From an uncultured delta proteobacterium (GTDB lineage: Bacteria; Desulfobacterota; Desulfobacteria; Desulfobacterales; Desulfosalsimonadaceae), in NCBI GenBank assembly GCA_963826785.1, contig CAWGYD010000006.1, positions 32,001-96,000 of the forward strand: a DNA stretch of 64,000 nucleotides, read 5' to 3'. Both the position numbers and the translations under genes were made by a program. Each line of letters begins with the position of its first letter. Position 1 is the first letter of the stretch. Below are positions 59,470-64,000 of the stretch, piece by piece. The notes below the pieces were generated by a model. The model was not told the origin of the DNA. It saw only the letters and a program-made list of their open reading frames with translations, and did no database searches.

Positions 59470-61362
59470 TCAATTCCCGGCTTTTGCGGTCTGCCGCCTA
59501 TCCAGATCGTAGTGGAACATCTCGATGCGCGTGTCGTCAAGGCCTGCGCCATGAACTTTCCGGCAGGCCTGGTGAACGAAATTGACGATCTGAGGATCGA
59601 CGAGATAGCTGTATGACGTTTCCCAGGTAATCCAGCCGCACCGGGTGTTTTTCAGCAGCAGGACAAAGTCGATAAAATTTCGGGGCAGATCCTTCATCGA
59701 CTTGATCGGTTTAGATTCTGAATCATAGTAGTATGGTCTGAAATAGGGCCCCGCCACCAGGGTTTCCCTGTCCGGGTTGTATTCTTTCTGCAAGGTCTTG
59801 TAGGCAACCGATGGGCTGCCGTAGAGCGGGTGACGATTGTACAATCCGTCATATTCCATGTAGAAAACAAATCCGACCCTGGCCAACAGCAGAAAGGTCA
59901 GAATAAAAAGCGCGGTTTTCGATCTGAAACTGCGGCCCAGAAGAATAAACAGATATACGATCAGCATGATCCCAAAGACATTGCAGTGGGCGCTGTACTT
60001 GAAACCCGGGTATCGATTGGCCGTAAAGACGAAGAAAATAATGGCCACCGCCGTGATCAGGTACAAAAAAGCCAGACGGTCCCTGAAGGATTTCTGCTTT
60101 ATGCAGCATACGACCGCCCCGCCGATGAGCAGGATGGAAATGCCGGCTTCCATGGAAAAAGGGTAGGCAAACAGGTATTTGAAATACACATAGTTGTGGA
60201 TTTTAAAAAAATGCAGGTTGTCCAAAAACCATTTCATGGGAAGATAGTGGATCAACACCGGCAGGGTCAAGGCAGACAGCATGAAGATAAAAATATATTT
60301 CTTTTGGGGTGCGGTGACGGCAAGATATAGAAAAAACAAAAACCCGATCGGCAGGATGAGAAGTGAATTCGGGTGGATGATATACGCAAGGGGCAGTAGT
60401 GCCAGTGCCGCCAGAAAATACCCGTAATGAAAATTCATGAAGGTCTTGTAAAAACCGGCGACCCTTCCCGAATGTTCACCGATGTCGAGTTCCTCGGTCA
60501 GCGTCCGGTAAACCGCATAGCCCAGAATCAGAAACAACGGGATCAGCAAGGCGTACATCCGGGTCCACCGGAAAAAATCCACGTATTTCGGATAGAGCAT
60601 GATGGTTGCGGCAAAGATATACGCAGAAAACCGGTCCCTTGAGAAATGATGCGCCACGATATAGGACAGGAGCACGAACAGGACACCGAACAGGACCGAA
60701 ATGATTCGGGAGGACCATTCCGATATGCCGAAGATTTTATATGACTGGGCCACCAGCCAGGTATGTGGCCATGACCGGGTATAAACGTTTTCTGAAAGCC
60801 GGTTTTCCAGAAAATCCCACTGGTTGAATTTTCCGGCATGGTAGTACCCGGCCGCACTGCCCACCACCAGGTACTCATCCGTCCGAAAATCCAGATTGTC
60901 CAGTTTATAGCTGTAAATCGCCATGGATGCGGCCACCAGAATCATCAGGCCGGCTGCATACACCCGTTTCCCGGAATATGTTGCGGACCTGGAACTTCCA
61001 GATGCAGTCCTGCATTCCCCGGCAGGCCTTTCGCCGCTTTCTTCTGCCAGAAGCGCATTGATCTGCTGCCGATGGAAAAATACATATGCGATCCCGATCA
61101 GCGTTGTCAAAATGGCAAGACTGACGCGTAATATTGAAACCGGCGTGTGATAGAGGGTGCGGTCATAATCGGAAAAAGAAGCGCAGACCGACAGGACCAG
61201 CAGCACAAAAAACAAGGCCGTTAAAATTCGGCCGGCAGTAAACCATGCATACGCATTTCCGTCCTGCCCGGGCGGCGTATTTTTTGGGGAGGCCGCTTTT
61301 GTCCCGGCTGATTTGGAGGCAGAATTATTTATTCGGCCATTTTTCTGCCTGCTCTTTTTCAC
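59470..61362 (-). CDS. GT-C fold (PMT/ArnT, GT39-like) integral membrane glycosyltransferase
   Basis: Many TM helices, TDE acidic loop motif, FGISEWSSR and RMYA; GTG start overlapping the upstream stop. Confidence 0.7.
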   Translation of the reverse strand: MKKSRQKNGRINNSASKSAGTKAASPKNTPPGQDGNAYAWFTAGRILTALFFVLLVLSVCASFSDYDRTLYHTPVSILRVSLAILTTLIGIAYVFFHRQQINALLAEESGERPAGECRTASGSSRSATYSGKRVYAAGLMILVAASMAIYSYKLDNLDFRTDEYLVVGSAAGYYHAGKFNQWDFLENRLSENVYTRSWPHTWLVAQSYKIFGISEWSSRIISVLFGVLFVLLSYIVAHHFSRDRFSAYIFAATIMLYPKYVDFFRWTRMYALLIPLFLILGYAVYRTLTEELDIGEHSGRVAGFYKTFMNFHYGYFLAALALLPLAYIIHPNSLLILPIGFLFFLYLAVTAPQKKYIFIFMLSALTLPVLIHYLPMKWFLDNLHFFKIHNYVYFKYLFAYPFSMEAGISILLIGGAVVCCIKQKSFRDRLAFLYLITAVAIIFFVFTANRYPGFKYSAHCNVFGIMLIVYLFILLGRSFRSKTALFILTFLLLARVGFVFYMEYDGLYNRHPLYGSPSVAYKTLQKEYNPDRETLVAGPYFRPYYYDSESKPIKSMKDLPRNFIDFVLLLKNTRCGWITWETSYSYLVDPQIVNFVHQACRKVHGAGLDDTRIEMFHYDLDRRQTAKAGN

Positions 61363-62264
61363 CGCCGGCCTCCGGGAAAAACGCGCGTTGAAATAGCCGC
61401 TTCAGGGATCTCACGCATTTCTTCCTTTACTGTTGTCGGGGCAAGCATAAATTCCACGAAAAGTGGTTTGTGATCCGATGACACGGCACTTTCCAGCACC
61501 ACCGGGCTTCCCGGCTTTACTGAAAGATACCTGGGGCTGTAGAATATGTGATCCAGCGGGCAAATGAATGCTTGCATCTGGCGCGATTCCGGGTTGAAGC
61601 CGACCGGAAAAAGCCCCAGAGATTTTGCAATGTCTTCCAGATAGCGCATCCGACTTTTTTTCCAGGTATTAAAATCCCCTGCCAGGATAACCGGCCCTTC
61701 ATGGTTTGCAATCCGCAGTGCGATATGCTGCAGCTGTTCCTGAAATTCGGCAAAACTCCCGAAATTAAGGGCGTGCAGATTGGCCACCATCAGCTGGGTC
61801 TTCGATGGAGAGAGGACATAGCGGGACAGCAGGGCGGATTTGGGCGTGTTCAGTATCGGCTCCAGGCCATTTGAAAGCAAGGCATCGGCATCCACGGGCT
61901 TTGCCCGGGAACCGGTGAGAACCCCGGAATAGGCATTTTGATCCCCCTGGAAAATATTGGGGGAAAAGGCCCATCCCACGCCCGTCACAGACATCATTTG
62001 AATAAATGTTTCTTCCAGGCAAACTTCCTGGAGCAGAAAAAGATCGGGTTTTTTAAATTCGACAATGTGTTGAAATTCCCGCTGCCACCCGGGTCGGCCG
62101 CTCTGCTTGTAAACGTTCCACGAAAGCACCCGGATGGCACTTTCATCGGTACACAACGCCGGATAGTCCGGACTGCTGACGACAAAGGCATTTCGAACCG
62201 GGACCAGGGTGCAGGCGGCCAGAAGCAGGATAGAAATTAAAATGATCCGGCAGATGGATTTCAT
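61359..62264 (-). CDS. Endonuclease/exonuclease/phosphatase (EEP) family protein, YafD-like, with signal peptide
   Basis: SWNVYK, LQE, NLHALNF, AGDFNTW, LDHIFY and SDH motifs. Confidence 0.88.
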   Translation of the reverse strand: MKSICRIILISILLLAACTLVPVRNAFVVSSPDYPALCTDESAIRVLSWNVYKQSGRPGWQREFQHIVEFKKPDLFLLQEVCLEETFIQMMSVTGVGWAFSPNIFQGDQNAYSGVLTGSRAKPVDADALLSNGLEPILNTPKSALLSRYVLSPSKTQLMVANLHALNFGSFAEFQEQLQHIALRIANHEGPVILAGDFNTWKKSRMRYLEDIAKSLGLFPVGFNPESRQMQAFICPLDHIFYSPRYLSVKPGSPVVLESAVSSDHKPLFVEFMLAPTTVKEEMREIPEAAISTRVFPGGRR

Positions 62265-62360
62265 GAACCCTTTTCGCTCCCGCCGTTAACCCGGTTCAGG
62301 TTACTGCATTTTTCTAACCCGTTATTCCTTTAAACGCAACCCGTTGTTTATCGTTGCCCA

Positions 62361-64000
62361 TTAATTGACAACGGCCTTTCTGCTGCCCTTCCGGACCAGG
62401 CGGATGGTCTCCTTGATCTCCTGGGGGGAAACGCCTTTTCTCAATGTTTCCATCTTTTCCATCACCCTGGCAAACACGATGCCCTCGGCCGCGCTGATCC
62501 ATTCCAGCTGGAGCCGCTCGGTGCGGATGCCCAGCTTCTCCATTTTTTTATGAATCTTCTCGATCCGCTTTTCGGTCCAGTGGTTGGCATTGATGTAGTG
62601 GCAGTCGCCGATGTGGCAGCCGCTCACCAGGATCACCGGGGCGCCCTTGGCAAATCCGTGCCAGATGTACTTCTCGTCCACCCGGCCGGAGCACATGGTG
62701 CGGATGATCCGGGCGTTGGCCGGGTACTGGAGCCGGGAAACCCCGGCGTAATCGGCCCCCGCATAGGAGCACCAGTTGCAGGCGAAGGTCAGCACCTTGT
62801 CTTCGGGGTTTTCGGCCAGCATGGCATCGATCTGGTCCGTGATCTGCTCGTCGGTGTAGTGGTTCATGATGATCGCGCCAAACGCGCATTCGGCCGCGCA
62901 GGTGCCGCACCCGGCGCAGGCCGCCGAATTGATCACCGCGGGCGTCTTCTTTTTCACATCCACGGTGATGGCATTGTAGGGGCACACATCCGCGCACTTG
63001 CCGCACGACTTGCACTGTTCCGCCACCACCTCGGAGGTGATGGCCTCGGTGGTGATCTTCCCCTGGTGCATCAGCCGGATGGCCCGGGCCGCGGCGGCCG
63101 AGGCCTGGGTGACCGACTCCTTTATGTCCTTGGGGCCTTCCGCGCATCCCGCATAGAAGACCCCCCGGGTGGCCGCGTCCACGGGCTGCAGTTTGGGATG
63201 GGCTTCCAGGAAAAAACCGTCCGGGGTCAGCTGCAGCCCCAGGATTTCCTGGAGCCGGCGGGTGCCCGAAGACGGCTGCATGCCCAGGGCCAGCACCAGC
63301 ATGTCCAGATCATGAAACTCGATTTTGCCCGTGGCCGTGTTTTCCACCGCCACCCGCAAACTGCGGTCGGCGGTCTCCTCCACGGTTCCGGGAAGGCCCC
63401 GCACGTACTGCACGCCCTGGCGGCGGCTCCGGGTGTAGAGGTCTTCAAAGCCTTTGCCGAAAGCGCGGATATCGATATAAAACACCTTAATGTCGATCCC
63501 GGGATAATGTTCCTTGAGCACAAGCGTACTCTTGACGGTGTTCATGCAGCAGGTATTGGAGCAGTACTCCTTGCCCTTGCGGGCGGAGCGGGATCCGACG
63601 CACTGGATGAACCCCACCGATTTGGGATGCCTTCGATCCGTGGGGCGGATGAGTTCCCCCTGGGTGGGCCCGCCGGCATTGACCAGCCGCTCGAATTCCA
63701 GGCTGGTCAGCACGTTTTCAAAACGGGTATAGCCGTATTCGTCAAGTTCCGTGGGATCGTAGGGGGAAAGCCCCGTGGCCACGATGATGGACCCCACGCT
63801 CTCCACGATCTCCTCGTCGGACATGCTGAAGTTGATGCAATTTTTGTCGCAGGCCTCCATGCACTTGGCGCACACGGTGGGGTTGTGCCCCAGACATTCG
63901 TTGACATTGACCACATAGGCGGAGGGGACCGCCTGGGGAAAGGGCGAATAAATCGCCCGCCGGGAGGACATCCCCATGTTGAACTCGTCGGGGCGCACCA
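62361..64000 (-). CDS. hdrA: HdrA-MvhD fusion protein, C-terminal part (5' end outside window)
   Basis: IQCVGSR..YCSNTCC, GCAEGPKDI and two ferredoxin CxxCxxC motifs, then MvhD CNWCSYAGAD, MCSGRV, GCHIGDCHY and WISAAEG in the same frame. Confidence 0.9.
   Translation of the reverse strand, partial: VRPDEFNMGMSSRRAIYSPFPQAVPSAYVVNVNECLGHNPTVCAKCMEACDKNCINFSMSDEEIVESVGSIIVATGLSPYDPTELDEYGYTRFENVLTSLEFERLVNAGGPTQGELIRPTDRRHPKSVGFIQCVGSRSARKGKEYCSNTCCMNTVKSTLVLKEHYPGIDIKVFYIDIRAFGKGFEDLYTRSRRQGVQYVRGLPGTVEETADRSLRVAVENTATGKIEFHDLDMLVLALGMQPSSGTRRLQEILGLQLTPDGFFLEAHPKLQPVDAATRGVFYAGCAEGPKDIKESVTQASAAAARAIRLMHQGKITTEAITSEVVAEQCKSCGKCADVCPYNAITVDVKKKTPAVINSAACAGCGTCAAECAFGAIIMNHYTDEQITDQIDAMLAENPEDKVLTFACNWCSYAGADYAGVSRLQYPANARIIRTMCSGRVDEKYIWHGFAKGAPVILVSGCHIGDCHYINANHWTEKRIEKIHKKMEKLGIRTERLQLEWISAAEGIVFARVMEKMETLRKGVSPQEIKETIRLVRKGSRKAVVN

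Overview
64-kb bacterial chromosomal window, most likely from an anaerobic Desulfobacterota-like deltaproteobacterium (inferred from HdrA-MvhD, IorAB, a PanP-type decarboxylase and a selenoprotein). About 4.5-19 kb is an accessory, defence-like region ending just upstream of prfC. It holds an HTH + nucleotidyltransferase (AbiE-like) pair with a palindromic operator, a Nudix + PLD-SF2 helicase-DUF3427 (SauUSI-like) restriction module, two MNT-HEPN pairs, hicBA, a truncated zeta-toxin-like gene and a SNF2-SWIM pair. The rest is mostly housekeeping and metabolism: RND efflux, mutY-addB-addA, ALDH, iorAB, rdgB, pckA, SQR-DUF1641, ampG and hdrA-mvhD. Three features stand out. (1) A CysRS paralogue has a rewritten zinc/amino-acid site and no anticodon-binding tail, and lies next to a duplicated small uncharacterised gene and an MFS transporter. 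(2) A FrnE/DsbA-type selenoprotein (UPFC plus a bacterial SECIS hairpin) was truncated by the ORF track. (3) Three families of REP-like palindromes occur, with one copy translated in frame inside tolC. About eight single-base (+1) frameshifts look like assembly errors. No tRNA, rRNA, CRISPR array, integrase or transposase was seen.
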